Shown here: positions 8,757-18,778 of the stretch, piece after piece
Layout: each line of letters starts with the position of its first letter
Position numbering within the stretch: position 1 is the first letter of the stretch
NCBI GenBank assembly: GCA_014803575.1
Contig: JAAVBO010000009.1
Location: 1-61,345, forward strand
Source: a bacterium
GTDB taxonomy: Bacteria; Pseudomonadota; Alphaproteobacteria; Rs-D84; CACZYB01
Direction: 5' to 3'
DNA: 61,345 nucleotides
Notes under the pieces: generated by a model
What the model saw: only the letters and a program-made list of their open reading frames with translations
What the model was told of the DNA's origin: nothing
Databases searched by the model: none
Position numbers and translations under genes: made by a program

Positions 8757-10369
8757 TCTGTTCCTCCATCTTGAATAATAAAGTCATATTGAGAAGCATA
8801 AGGCCTCCTGGCTATAAGCTTCTCATTGCTGTATATATCATGCTTATGATTCTTGAGGAAGTTTAACGCTGCCTCGTAATCATTCTGCGCTATTAGCCTC
8901 TTATATGTTGGAGCATGCTCTACTGATATTGCTCCAGGCACGGTTGGGTTTGCAAAGCTCTTTAGCTCTGAAATCGTCCACGGCCTTCCAACATAAGTAG
9001 CTGCATACTTAGTTGGATTGTCTGCTCTGCGTATCACTGAAGATATTCTCAGATAATCGTTCAAAGCAGCCTTGTCATTAGCGAACACTTCGTGCGGCGT
9101 CACTGTAACCCTAGCAGGATTAAGCGACGCCTTTACGTGGTAGTTCTTGTAGCGCTTGTCTGCAAAGTCCTCGTTAGTGCCAGTGACCATTTTATCAGCT
9201 TGGCTCATCACGTACTCTGTGACCTTGTTCATACTAGGCTTGCCGCTCTTTCCCTGCAGCTCTGGGTCTGTAAGAGCTTTAGCATAGGCTTCTTTCCACA
9301 GCTTCTGTTTGTCTTCTTCAGACATGCCAGTGCTCTTGCCTGATAACTCTGCTTCTCTTGCAGATTGCGCCTCACTTATCGCTTGGCTCATTCTATTAGA
9401 CAAGTCTATGTACCTAGCATAATCTTTAGGCCCAAGCACTTCTTTTAATCCAGGCCCTGACGCAGCTCCTGCAGCATGGTTTTCATAGTAGTCTGCGCCA
9501 ACGCCTCCAACCTCTATTACGCCTTCGCCTGTGTCTTTGCTGTTGACAGTCTGCATTTGCACGCCTTTAGAAGCACGCCCATGCTCTTCTTGCTGCCATC
9601 TAGCATACTCTTCTTCTGAGAGTATAGCAGTTACTTTTTCTCCAGGCTTAAGCTCTCGACCGTAAAACCTTCCTCCAAGGACTTTCTTTATGTTCTCATC
9701 GGACAGAACTACGCTATACCTTTTGTTTGAGCCAGTTAGCTTGTAGCGCCCTCTTGACTCATATTCAAAAGGATAGCGCGCTCCGTGCCTTTGCCCTCGT
9801 ATTCTCACCAAGTCCCAGAACACCATTCCAAGGACATGCCTGTACTTTCTGTCTACTGCGCTTATGCGTGTAGCCTTAGTCTTAGCAAGCGAAAGCAGTT
9901 CGCCTGCCACAGCAGTAGGCACTCTATAGAACAAGCATATTGCGCCGTTGTTCGTAAACGTTACGCGCAGCACTTGCTGCACCTGCGCATACTCAAGCAT
10001 AGCAATATGTCCGCAGCCTTCCTGCTCAAATATTGGGCCATGCGAAGGGTCGTTCTTGTCAAACGCATTCATAGCATAAGACAAGGCGTCTTCGTCTGGC
10101 TCGTCGTGGCTATGGAATCCGATAGTGTCATCATAGCCAGTCGTCTTGTACACAGTAACGGTCCGTCCGTCAGGCGCAGTTCTCTGCACTTTCTGGACAA
10201 GGCCGCTCTTCTTTCCATTGCTAATCCAGCCTCGCTGGCGTTTAGCGTGCCAGCCTTCAGACAGGTCCCATTCCATGTTGCCTGAACTGAGCTTGCGCCG
10301 CTGGCGCCCTGATTTTGTAGTCTCAGAGACTCCTTTGTACCAGGGAGCCTTGCCAACATGGGCTTCCAT
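8753..10369 (-). CDS. virion-module protein with KTSC-like domain, 538 aa
   Basis: Lies directly downstream of the putative capsid gene. GHIAMLEYAQVQQVLRVTFTNNGAICLFYRVPTAVAGELLSLA resembles the KTSC domain pattern as I recall it. Confidence 0.45.
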   Translation of the reverse strand: MEAHVGKAPWYKGVSETTKSGRQRRKLSSGNMEWDLSEGWHAKRQRGWISNGKKSGLVQKVQRTAPDGRTVTVYKTTGYDDTIGFHSHDEPDEDALSYAMNAFDKNDPSHGPIFEQEGCGHIAMLEYAQVQQVLRVTFTNNGAICLFYRVPTAVAGELLSLAKTKATRISAVDRKYRHVLGMVFWDLVRIRGQRHGARYPFEYESRGRYKLTGSNKRYSVVLSDENIKKVLGGRFYGRELKPGEKVTAILSEEEYARWQQEEHGRASKGVQMQTVNSKDTGEGVIEVGGVGADYYENHAAGAASGPGLKEVLGPKDYARYIDLSNRMSQAISEAQSAREAELSGKSTGMSEEDKQKLWKEAYAKALTDPELQGKSGKPSMNKVTEYVMSQADKMVTGTNEDFADKRYKNYHVKASLNPARVTVTPHEVFANDKAALNDYLRISSVIRRADNPTKYAATYVGRPWTISELKSFANPTVPGAISVEHAPTYKRLIAQNDYEAALNFLKNHKHDIYSNEKLIARRPYASQYDFIIQDGGTE

Positions 10370-10380
10370 GTTTTACCGCC

Positions 10381-12129
10381 TTACACAGTCGTGATGTCGA
10401 AAATCGGCTTGCGGAGCTTGATGATTGTGTAGCAGTACGGGTATTCAGTGAATATCGCTCCCATCTCATGCATAGCAACTGTGATGTTGTTTTTCGGGTG
10501 GCGGATTCTAGCGCCGTTGTTGAACGTAGGAAGCACACCGTCTTTCAAAGATGGAGGTCCGTACGTGATGCGCTCTGAAAGGTCAAGCTTAGTTACAAGC
10601 TCATCTGGGATTGACAAGTTCTCAATAGCAGGCGGCTTTGACTTGCCCCATGTCTCTTGTATGTACTTGTCAATCTCGAACGTCGGGTTGTCCCAACAGT
10701 TGTAAGACAAGTCGTTCTTCGGGCCGATTACAATTACGTCTGTAGGCATGTTAAGGTCTTCAATAACCTCGTTAACAACCTGGTTTCCAATCTGGTAAGA
10801 CGTAGACTTAACGCCTCTCTGGTAAACAATTGGACCTTCGATGAAGTTGTCGCGGATAACTTTTACGTTTTCGCCTTCTTCGTAGCCCATTTCAATTCTA
10901 GTGACTGGGTTCATCCAGATGCCGATTTCTGCATATGGAACTGTAGACTTTGTCAAGAACGCGCCGCGCATGATAGCGTCAATGATATGCTCGTTCTCTT
11001 GCTGAAGCACAAATCCGCCAGCTTGCTCAGTGCTGTAGCGCAATCTGTTTGGCTGGTCGCGGAATCCAAGCTCAAGTCCAAGGCGCCGCTCAATGCCGTT
11101 GTTAAGCTCGTTCGGGTCAAGGTACCATGGGAACAGGTCAGCAAGTCCTTCCATAGCACCAACTACCGCTCTGTTTCCTGACGTGTATTTCAAGTTTCCA
11201 GTGTAGTTGAACATTGTGTATTTTCCAGCGTACGGGCCGTACTGAACGGTGATTGCTTCAGGCTCCCAAGAGTCTTGGAAAATCTTAATGTTTGGCGCTA
11301 CTTCGCGGTTTCCAAACACTTCAAGGAATTCACCATCTTTCCAGTCTGTCACTGTAGTTCCTACTGAAAGCAGCGTCAAGTAGCCTGGCTGGTTTTCAAG
11401 AATCATGTACATTTCAGATGCGTCAGCTTCACCCCAAGGAGCGTTTTCATGCGTCTTGATTAAATACTTGCCAGCTTTGAAGTTGCTATTGAATACGTTG
11501 ATTGGAACTTTGATTCTGAATGGAACTCTGTTTGCGCCTGTTCCGCCGATTGCAGCAGCGTTGAATGTGTTAGGGCACATATATAATGCAGTGCCGCCAC
11601 CAATAGTTACAGCATGGACTGTGTTGTCGTTGTTATTTGGAGACGTTCCTCCGCGCCACACGTTGCCGTCCTGATATGGAGCAGACAGTTGGTGCAGGAC
11701 TCCAAACTGTCCGTGAATAGCGAAGTTCTTGAACTGGCTAGCGACGTTCATTCTCAAAGCATGGAATCGCGTAGCATAGTCGCTTTCGAATGACACTTTC
11801 TTATCCTCTGTTTCAAGGTTAAGCGTCATGTCAACTTGGAAGCCGTCAGATACCGTGCCATAAGAAGCCCTGAACGTTCCATATTCAAGGTCTCCAGGGT
11901 TAATCATCTCAACGTTGTCTCTATAAATCTGAGAGTTTAATGAGCCGCCTGTATACACTCCAGCAAGCAACATTCTATACTCAAATTTATCGGTGAACTT
12001 CCATTCGCGCTTTTTGCTGCGAATCAACCTGACTACGTCAGACTGACATGGAAACATACCGTTGAGCAGGTACTCAACGATAAAAGCTTGTTTAGATAGA
12101 CTTTCAAGCTGGTCTTTAGAAATAGGCAT
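10381..12129 (-). CDS. putative major capsid protein, 582 aa
   Basis: Call is by position: a large ORF directly after two acidic scaffold-like genes. Strong RBS ACGGAGGA. C-ending codon bias suggests high expression. No motif-level proof. Confidence 0.5.
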   Translation of the reverse strand: MPISKDQLESLSKQAFIVEYLLNGMFPCQSDVVRLIRSKKREWKFTDKFEYRMLLAGVYTGGSLNSQIYRDNVEMINPGDLEYGTFRASYGTVSDGFQVDMTLNLETEDKKVSFESDYATRFHALRMNVASQFKNFAIHGQFGVLHQLSAPYQDGNVWRGGTSPNNNDNTVHAVTIGGGTALYMCPNTFNAAAIGGTGANRVPFRIKVPINVFNSNFKAGKYLIKTHENAPWGEADASEMYMILENQPGYLTLLSVGTTVTDWKDGEFLEVFGNREVAPNIKIFQDSWEPEAITVQYGPYAGKYTMFNYTGNLKYTSGNRAVVGAMEGLADLFPWYLDPNELNNGIERRLGLELGFRDQPNRLRYSTEQAGGFVLQQENEHIIDAIMRGAFLTKSTVPYAEIGIWMNPVTRIEMGYEEGENVKVIRDNFIEGPIVYQRGVKSTSYQIGNQVVNEVIEDLNMPTDVIVIGPKNDLSYNCWDNPTFEIDKYIQETWGKSKPPAIENLSIPDELVTKLDLSERITYGPPSLKDGVLPTFNNGARIRHPKNNITVAMHEMGAIFTEYPYCYTIIKLRKPIFDITTV

Positions 12130-12149
12130 ATTATGTCCTCCGTTATATT

Positions 12150-12770
12150 TTAATATCTGTGCTCAGATATCGCTTTGATTATGTTCTTCTGAGTCCTGTC
12201 AGAAACAACGTTATGGCGGCCTTGCAGCTCAATATTAGCATGCTCTAGCATTGCTTTCTCTTCAGGAGTCATGTCTCCAGAAAGGCCTTTGCTGCGCTTG
12301 CCGCTAAGTATCTTTAGCATGGCATCTTCTTCTGGAGTTGTTTCTCCAGCAAGCAGCTTTTCGTCATGCGGCTCGTCATGCTCTTCTATGTGCATTCCGC
12401 CGTCATAATCATCGTAATCCTCATCCGCCATATCCTCGTCAACGGTGTCAGAAGGCAAGTCTTCGTCTTCTTCAACGTCATTAGATATAGTGTCAAGGTC
12501 GTTGTCGTGAGCGTGGTCAATGCCGGAATCATCACTAGCGTCATCAGCTTCTTTTATCTGCACAGCGTAAGGCGTGCCGCTAAGCACGAACTGCTCCCAT
12601 TCATGCACAGCGTCGTTGTCATAGTCATCGTTGTTATATGCTTCTTTAACCTCTTCAGGCGCATTGTCGTACATGAACGTTGTAAGCGCAGCTATATACT
12701 CTTCATCTACGTCTTCGCTAGGATTTTCGCCGCCGAATTTTTCTTTTAATGCTCTAAGCTCTTCTTCCAT
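12150..12770 (-). CDS. acidic scaffold-like protein, 206 aa
   Basis: AAGGGGG RBS. D/E-rich. The N-terminal domain is paralogous to early proteins (FMYDNAPEEVKEAY...WEQFVLSGTPY). The C-terminal tail is VVSDRTQKNIIKAISEHRY. Confidence 0.5.
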   Translation of the reverse strand: MEEELRALKEKFGGENPSEDVDEEYIAALTTFMYDNAPEEVKEAYNNDDYDNDAVHEWEQFVLSGTPYAVQIKEADDASDDSGIDHAHDNDLDTISNDVEEDEDLPSDTVDEDMADEDYDDYDGGMHIEEHDEPHDEKLLAGETTPEEDAMLKILSGKRSKGLSGDMTPEEKAMLEHANIELQGRHNVVSDRTQKNIIKAISEHRY

Positions 12771-13559
12771 CTAGTACCCCCTTGACGCAGCTGCAATCAA
12801 GCTAGCTGACGGCCTGAATATGTTCTTCAAGTTCCTGTCAGAAACAACTGTGTCTTTCTTATCTTCTTTATCTTCTTTTTTCTTGTCTTCTTTCTTTTGT
12901 GTTGACGTCCTGCCCCACCTAGACTTCATCTTTTCTATTCGCTTCATGCGCTCGTCTGAAATAGGCCTGTCCACTGGATTCTCTTTCGCTGGCTCTTGTG
13001 CAGGCGCTTGAGCTGGTTCTTGTGCAGGTTCAGGCTCAGGCTCTGCAGCTGGCTCTTGCTCTTGTTCAGGCTCTAGCTCTTCTGAGCCGTCAACTCCAAG
13101 CGCTGCCATGTCTTCTTCAGTAGGCTCTTGTGCAAGTGAATTAGGGTCAAGCGCATCGACTTCAGGCGGAACTTCATTAGGCTCAACCATAGCAGGCATT
13201 TCATCTGGCATTGACGCGTTTGGATTGTTAGCAACAGCGTTAGACACCGCGTTAGCCACAGTCTCGACTTTCTTAGCTTCTTGAATTATCTCATCTTGCA
13301 TAACAGCAATCGCATCGATAATATTCTGGCAGTCTGTCCTGAGCGTGTCAAGAATTTCTTGCACAGCCTCGTCAGCAGCAGAAGTGTCTATACCGCGAGC
13401 GTCAAGCTCATTCAAGACAGCCATACCAATGCCGTGGTTATTAGACCACCTGCTGCCATAAGTGTCCATGAATTTCTTCTGTCTTTCAGCTTCCTTGTCG
13501 CCAAAGTAGCTCTGCTCAAGCTGAGCTAGGCGCATCATAAGCTCTTCGTTTCCAGGCAT
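12771..13559 (-). CDS. scaffold-like protein, 262 aa
   Basis: Consensus promoter and AGGAG RBS upstream. Contains low-complexity EPEQEQEPAAEPEPEPAQEPAQAPAQEP and a K/E/D-rich region. Carries SDERMK and SDRNLKNI...ASRGY tail motifs. Confidence 0.5.
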   Translation of the reverse strand: MPGNEELMMRLAQLEQSYFGDKEAERQKKFMDTYGSRWSNNHGIGMAVLNELDARGIDTSAADEAVQEILDTLRTDCQNIIDAIAVMQDEIIQEAKKVETVANAVSNAVANNPNASMPDEMPAMVEPNEVPPEVDALDPNSLAQEPTEEDMAALGVDGSEELEPEQEQEPAAEPEPEPAQEPAQAPAQEPAKENPVDRPISDERMKRIEKMKSRWGRTSTQKKEDKKKEDKEDKKDTVVSDRNLKNIFRPSASLIAAASRGY

Positions 13560-13582
13560 TTTAAACTCCTAACTTTTATAAT

Positions 13583-13618
13583 ATTATATGAATAAAAGCA
13601 ACAGTTGTAAATATACAA
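13583..13618 (-). promoter_or_regulatory. consensus sigma70-type promoter (TTGTATATTTACA-17-TATAAT)
   Basis: On the minus strand, TTTACA is at 13611..13606, followed by a 17-nt spacer and TATAAT at 13588..13583. Lies 24 nt upstream of the ATG at 13559. Confidence 0.7.
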
Positions 13619-13627
13619 AAATTGCTT

Positions 13628-13963
13628 TCACCACCGCAAATCTGACATGGTCTTCTTAATCACGTCAAAGCTGCTTTCATGCTTTTTGCCGAAGTTTCGG
13701 CCAGTGTCGCCATGCTGCTCATTGTTATTCTTAAAGTTATCTATAGCTTTAATAATGTCATCTCTAGCATGAGACATGTCTGAGCCGCCATTAGTGCAGT
13801 ATGTGACATATTCTTCAAGCATAAGCCTCTTGTCAGCGTCTGTGAAGTTATGGCCAGGCTCGTAGTTAGTCATCAAGTAAGAGTATATATGGTTGTATGG
13901 CGAGTATGAGCCTTCTTGATTCTTCCTTTTTTCGTGGTCTATGCTCTTGTTAGCGTACGCCAT
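13628..13963 (-). CDS. hypothetical protein, 111 aa
   Basis: GGAGGA upstream of ATG at 13963. The track start at 13975 is a GTG that lies inside the RBS. Confidence 0.55.
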   Translation of the reverse strand: MAYANKSIDHEKRKNQEGSYSPYNHIYSYLMTNYEPGHNFTDADKRLMLEEYVTYCTNGGSDMSHARDDIIKAIDNFKNNNEQHGDTGRNFGKKHESSFDVIKKTMSDLRW

Positions 13964-13974
13964 ACTATCCTCCA

Positions 13975-15414
13975 CTATAGCCAGTCAGATGCGTTTGACG
14001 GGTTTACATTTCTAATACGCTCCCAAGCAGACTTATCTTTCTTCAAGAACGCTTGGAAAGCGAACTTTGCGTCAGCAAGCTCGCTCTGCACTGCCATTAC
14101 ATTTGACTCGTTAAGCGCGCTGAACTTTTCAGCGAGCCTAGCTACAAGGTACCTGTACACCTCTGGAGCAGGATATACAAGGCGCGTGTCAGGAGTCCAG
14201 CCAAGCTCTTTAACTCTCGGGCTAGTCTCTTTTTTAGCTACAGATGGTATGCTGTCCCTTATAATCTCTTTCCACTCTTTGCTAGACGCATTATACTGCT
14301 TGATAACTCCATTTACATTCACTACGTCCCTGTCATCTGGGCCAGACGGCGCTTCTTTAGAGAAAGGCACTCTTTCATAGTTGTAGTCAGTAGCATACCT
14401 GTTATACCAGTAGCCTTGAGTCATTTGAGTCACTGTGCCGTCAGAGCATTTGTACTCAAAGTCATTCTCCACGAATATGATTGAGCTAGCTTTTTCAGGC
14501 AGCTTCTCTGTGTTGAGCAGCTTTGTCTCTATGTCGTTCCAGTCTCTGACAATAACGCCCATTCCAGTCTTGTCGTTATAGTGGCAAGACAGATACTCGA
14601 CATTGTCATTACGCCCTATCCATTCAAACGGATTATAGTCCGTCCACTCCATGTTCTTGTCAAAGAATCCAGACATCCACTCATCAGTTATAGAATGCTG
14701 GTACGAGCAGAATATATAAGGGAAGTCACACGATATATACTTCAGCTCCCACTTGCCGTCTTCATCTGAATCCTTGAGCACATAGCCTGTTATGTCCACG
14801 TCGTCTATGTTTGCCAAGACATTCTTATGAACGAGCAGCACTTTGTTTATGCTGGCAATCTGCTCCTTAGTTACGCTCGGGCTTGATATGTCTATAAACT
14901 CTTCACCTTTATAGCAAGCTAACGACCTTATGTTGTAGTTGCTAGAGCGCTCTGTAGCATGTCCATCTGGATATATCTTAGGGTCCCTGTTATGGTGAGT
15001 GAAGAATATCTGTGAAGGCTGAGGGCAATATTCTAGCCATACAGTCCTGCGGGCTGCGTCTGGACAAAACAGGTCTGTGCCTGAAATCCTGTACCGGCTA
15101 AAGTCACGCTGGTCAGTGTCGCCAGACTGCCTGAATACGTCGCGCCTGTAGTCTGTAGGCCTCTGCGCAGCATAAATCATTATAGTGTTTTTTACAAACT
15201 TAGGCAGCTTCGTAAGCTCTTCCTTAAGCTGCACAGTTATGCTGTAATATCCAGAGTCAATCATGCATATCTGAGAGTAGATGTCAGACCACACGTAATT
15301 CAGAAAGTTCAAGCAGTCTGAAAATGTATAGCTGTTAAGAGATTTTGTCTGGGCAAGCCTCATAGCATCTTCAAGCGCATCACTTGCAAAAGGCATAATA
15401 TCAACTTGCAGCAT
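13975..15414 (-). CDS. hypothetical virion-module protein, 479 aa
   Basis: AAGGAGA 6 nt upstream of ATG at 15414. No motif recognised. Confidence 0.6.
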   Translation of the reverse strand: MLQVDIMPFASDALEDAMRLAQTKSLNSYTFSDCLNFLNYVWSDIYSQICMIDSGYYSITVQLKEELTKLPKFVKNTIMIYAAQRPTDYRRDVFRQSGDTDQRDFSRYRISGTDLFCPDAARRTVWLEYCPQPSQIFFTHHNRDPKIYPDGHATERSSNYNIRSLACYKGEEFIDISSPSVTKEQIASINKVLLVHKNVLANIDDVDITGYVLKDSDEDGKWELKYISCDFPYIFCSYQHSITDEWMSGFFDKNMEWTDYNPFEWIGRNDNVEYLSCHYNDKTGMGVIVRDWNDIETKLLNTEKLPEKASSIIFVENDFEYKCSDGTVTQMTQGYWYNRYATDYNYERVPFSKEAPSGPDDRDVVNVNGVIKQYNASSKEWKEIIRDSIPSVAKKETSPRVKELGWTPDTRLVYPAPEVYRYLVARLAEKFSALNESNVMAVQSELADAKFAFQAFLKKDKSAWERIRNVNPSNASDWL

Positions 15415-15416
15415 GT

Positions 15417-16391
15417 TTATTCTCCTTGCATGTCTCTAACTGCTTTTACTTCGGCTTTACTTCTCTTTCTAGCGTCCCATTTAGCGCCGAACTTCTGGCT
15501 GCGAATAGCATTGCGCTCGCTCACATTGTTACTTAAAGCTTGCAAAGTGTATATGTCTCGCTCTGCTTTCTGCAGCGCAGAGTATTCAGACATGCCTTCA
15601 CTCATATACTTGTTCTTAAGCTCCATAATCGTTTTCTGTATAGCTCTCTCTTCTATAGCAGGAGTTGATATACCGTACATAGTGTTTGTAAGAAGGTTAG
15701 CAAGCTGGCTGTCTGTATTTGACAGGTCCATAAGAGCAGTGAGCGTGTTCGTGTCGAATGCGCGCATAAACTCTTTGTTCCATTGCACAGCGTCTTTTGC
15801 AAGGACACTTGAAGCTTGTTGCTGCTGCATCCACTGCCTGATTGCTTGTTCTGCTTGCATAGTCGTGAGCTGAACGCCAAACATTTTTTCGTATACATTT
15901 ACAAACGCATCATAGTCTTTGTGATTTATAGCGTCTTGCAGCGCTATAGCAAGCTGCTTTTGTTCAGTGTCAAGCTTGATAGACTGGTCCATAGCTCTAG
16001 TCTCCATCGTCTCAAGCTTAGGCCTTTCATACATCTTGCCAAGGTTCTTGGCTCCGCCTGTATGCCTCGTGCCTACAGAGAAAGCGTCTTCAACAGGCTT
16101 GTTATTATATTTATCTATGTTGCGAATCATCCTCAGTGTGTCGCTATAGCTCTTGTTGTTTATGGAGCCTTTGCTGCCTTCACCTTTAGCTATATTCTTG
16201 TTTTGGTCTCCAGTAGGGTTTAGCGAGTTTGTGCTCACGCTCTTCTGTTTGTCATAGATATTCTGGATGTTTTCCACTGCCTTGTCTTTTGCAGCAGTTG
16301 TCTGGCTTACTGCCTTGTCAGACTTAGCGTCTATATTTTTGCGCGTAGCTTCATTCTCTATGCCAGGCTCTTTCCAATTGTTAACTGCCAT
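15417..16391 (-). CDS. low-complexity putative internal virion protein, 324 aa
   Basis: AGGAGG RBS. Q/N/K/A-rich and predicted helical. Confidence 0.55.
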   Translation of the reverse strand: MAVNNWKEPGIENEATRKNIDAKSDKAVSQTTAAKDKAVENIQNIYDKQKSVSTNSLNPTGDQNKNIAKGEGSKGSINNKSYSDTLRMIRNIDKYNNKPVEDAFSVGTRHTGGAKNLGKMYERPKLETMETRAMDQSIKLDTEQKQLAIALQDAINHKDYDAFVNVYEKMFGVQLTTMQAEQAIRQWMQQQQASSVLAKDAVQWNKEFMRAFDTNTLTALMDLSNTDSQLANLLTNTMYGISTPAIEERAIQKTIMELKNKYMSEGMSEYSALQKAERDIYTLQALSNNVSERNAIRSQKFGAKWDARKRSKAEVKAVRDMQGE

Positions 16392-16400
16392 GACAACCTC

Positions 16401-17027
16401 CTACTTATTGTTTTTCTTAGCCTGCGCGCTCGCACGCTGCAAACTGTTAGCATAGTTATAAAAGTTTCCAGGAGCTCTAAGCACTGTCTGCGCTTCCATA
16501 GCACGAGACACGTCTTCTCTCTGGCCATAAAGCCCGACAACATCGTTTATAGTCTTAGTGACTTGGTCAGTTATATTCTTTGTATTCTCGCCGCGCCTAA
16601 GCCTTTCTTGCGCCCACATGTTAGCTGCATTCTCAGCCCTGCTCGGGCCATATATTTCATTCTGCCTGTTGCTGTTAACTCTGTTAGCTGCAAGTATAGC
16701 TGAAGCAAGGTGGTTTGCGTCTGTTACAGCTATGTTTCCTATAGCATCAGACAATCCAGTAGCTGCAGACGCTGCTGCGCGCACCAGGTAATCTTTCGGG
16801 CCTCCAACCATTATATTGCGCAAGAGCTTTCTTTTGTCTTCATTAGACATGCTGTTCAAATCGTCGTCTTCTCGGCTGTAGCCAGCTTCATATCCAGAAA
16901 TATTGCCAACGTTTTTATCATCAGCTTTGCCAGCAACTGCTTCTCCAGCTTCTTTAAGCAGCTTCCTTCCAGCTGGAGACTTTAAGAATTCAGCGGCTGC
17001 AATTATCGCTTGTATAGGTATAGCCAT
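16401..17027 (-). CDS. low-complexity putative internal virion protein, 208 aa
   Basis: TAGGAG RBS. A/N/R-rich. Confidence 0.55.
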   Translation of the reverse strand: MAIPIQAIIAAAEFLKSPAGRKLLKEAGEAVAGKADDKNVGNISGYEAGYSREDDDLNSMSNEDKRKLLRNIMVGGPKDYLVRAAASAATGLSDAIGNIAVTDANHLASAILAANRVNSNRQNEIYGPSRAENAANMWAQERLRRGENTKNITDQVTKTINDVVGLYGQREDVSRAMEAQTVLRAPGNFYNYANSLQRASAQAKKNNK

Positions 17028-17028
17028 A

Positions 17029-18768
17029 TTAAACTCCTAACTTTAATAGTCTATCTTTCAAGTCATCTAACTCTCTAACTAAGTCACCAATAGCCCCAGC
17101 GTTCATCATTGAAAGCCTCTGAGTGTCTACTGTCTTGACTCCTTCTGGCGTCTCTTTTATGCAAGCAGGATTTACCTTCTCTATGTCTTGCGCCATTGGG
17201 CCTATATGCTCTTCATTTGGGTCTATCCGCGAATCTATCTCAGTAGCTTCAGGCTTATATGTATATAAGTAATTGCGTATAAACTTGCCGTAGCCATCTA
17301 GCACAGAGCCGTCTTCGTCGTCAGACCAGTCATCGTCATCAAAAAAGTTATACTCGCGGCCGTTGTTATTAAACTTTCCGCCTGAATGCATAGCAAGGAA
17401 CATGAAGTCTTCTGGCGTCATCTCGCCTCCAGACTCTAGAGCAGACTTTATATGCTTGCACCTTATGTCAGACAAACAGCCTATTATGTTCTTGACCCGC
17501 TCGTCAGACATTGGGTCATCATCGCTCTCGTCAGACACTGGATTATCGTCGCGCTCCCTTATCTTATTCAAAGAGTCTTGCGTATCTTGCCCTTTCTGCC
17601 AGAATATAGCTTCAATAGACTTAGGGCCAAAGCCCATTTCAACAAGCTGCTGCTCCGTGTATTTGCGGAACAGCTGCAAGTCCGCGTCAGAAGCAATGCC
17701 TTGCTTTATCCTGGTGAAGGCGTCTAGCTCTGCAGCTGACATGCTTCCCTGCCCTGGCTGTGCTTCAGGATTATTCTGCCCGCTCTGTTCAATATTGTTT
17801 TGCCAGTCTTGTTCGGCGGCCTGTTCATTTTGTTCAGCGTTGTTCTGTTCAGCAGCTTGGCCTGCGCTGCCACCTGCAGACATATTAGCAGAGTACGCTT
17901 TGTCAGCGTCCATTTGCCTAGACTTAATGTTAAATGAATCTGCAAGCCCGCTGTATTCAGTCGCTCCTTGCTGCGCCATGTCCATCTCTTCGCGCCGCTG
18001 GTTAGCGACATTACGCTGCTGGTCTTGCCTAGCTTGCTGACTTTGTACGTCAGGAGCATTAGTCTTCCTGTTTATAGCTGAAGCTGTTCCAGCTGCAAAG
18101 CTAGTGTTGCTTATATTTTGCCTGTTCTCAGCGTCATTCTGCACTGACGCAATTTTTCCAGCTTCTGAATATTCATTACGGTTTGCTATCTGCTGTGAGG
18201 CTTGAGACTCCATTTGGCGGTTAGCTGCCTCGTTCCTCTGGTTACTAGCTTGCTCTTGAGCAGTGGCTGCTGCAGCGTCAAGAGCGTTGCGGTTAGTTCC
18301 TCTTATAGCTCCAGCAACACCGTCATAAAAAGCTTGGCTAAGCTGCATGCCGCTTGACGCAACTCCTTTTCCAAAATCACGAGCGTCTTTTGCAACAGCG
18401 CCAAAGAATTTTTTAGCTTTGCTTTCTTTAGGAGCGTCGCCAGGCTGGCCTCCATCAGCTACAGGGTTGTCTGGGTTTGTTGGCATGTCAAGCGTGTCTT
18501 GCTTAGACTGGCCTTCTCCATACACCCTGGCTTTTTCAGCATTGTTAAACTCTTTGTTTTTAAGGCGCTGCATTTTAAGCGCGCCTTTAGCGTCTTCTAA
18601 GTTAGCCCTTGCATTCCTGACTTTCTCTATATCTTGAGGTCTCTCGCGCTTCGCAGCCCTGTATGCACTTTGCGCGTCTTCTTTTGCAGCCTTCAAGTTG
18701 TTATACTCTTCTTTAAGCTGCTCCTGTCCAGCTGAACGCGTCATTAAAGTCCTTGTGTTAGCAGGCAT
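17029..18768 (-). CDS. Q/N/A-rich protein with C-terminal peptidase S74-like (intramolecular chaperone) domain, 579 aa
   Basis: AAGGAG RBS. The last 159 aa run SDERVKNIIGCLSDIRCKHI...IRNYLYTYKPE...HIGPMAQDIEKVNPACI...VKTVDTQRLSMMNAGAIGDLVRELDDLKDRL. This matches the S74 pattern SDxRxKxNI...Y.YK....GhiAQEhe.v.P..V.....vdy..L....i.aiqeL. Confidence 0.6.
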   Translation of the reverse strand: MPANTRTLMTRSAGQEQLKEEYNNLKAAKEDAQSAYRAAKRERPQDIEKVRNARANLEDAKGALKMQRLKNKEFNNAEKARVYGEGQSKQDTLDMPTNPDNPVADGGQPGDAPKESKAKKFFGAVAKDARDFGKGVASSGMQLSQAFYDGVAGAIRGTNRNALDAAAATAQEQASNQRNEAANRQMESQASQQIANRNEYSEAGKIASVQNDAENRQNISNTSFAAGTASAINRKTNAPDVQSQQARQDQQRNVANQRREEMDMAQQGATEYSGLADSFNIKSRQMDADKAYSANMSAGGSAGQAAEQNNAEQNEQAAEQDWQNNIEQSGQNNPEAQPGQGSMSAAELDAFTRIKQGIASDADLQLFRKYTEQQLVEMGFGPKSIEAIFWQKGQDTQDSLNKIRERDDNPVSDESDDDPMSDERVKNIIGCLSDIRCKHIKSALESGGEMTPEDFMFLAMHSGGKFNNNGREYNFFDDDDWSDDEDGSVLDGYGKFIRNYLYTYKPEATEIDSRIDPNEEHIGPMAQDIEKVNPACIKETPEGVKTVDTQRLSMMNAGAIGDLVRELDDLKDRLLKLGV

Positions 18769-18778
18769 CTGTCACTCC

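Noticed and set aside
5576-18059. Same-strand alternative-frame ORFs of about 111 aa (5576..5911 and 17724..18059), considered as further dual-coding candidates
   Set aside because: They have no SD, no signal or TM features, and shadow-like composition. They also show that about 110-aa overlapping ORFs arise by chance here, which is why the 60556..60888 ORF is given only low confidence.
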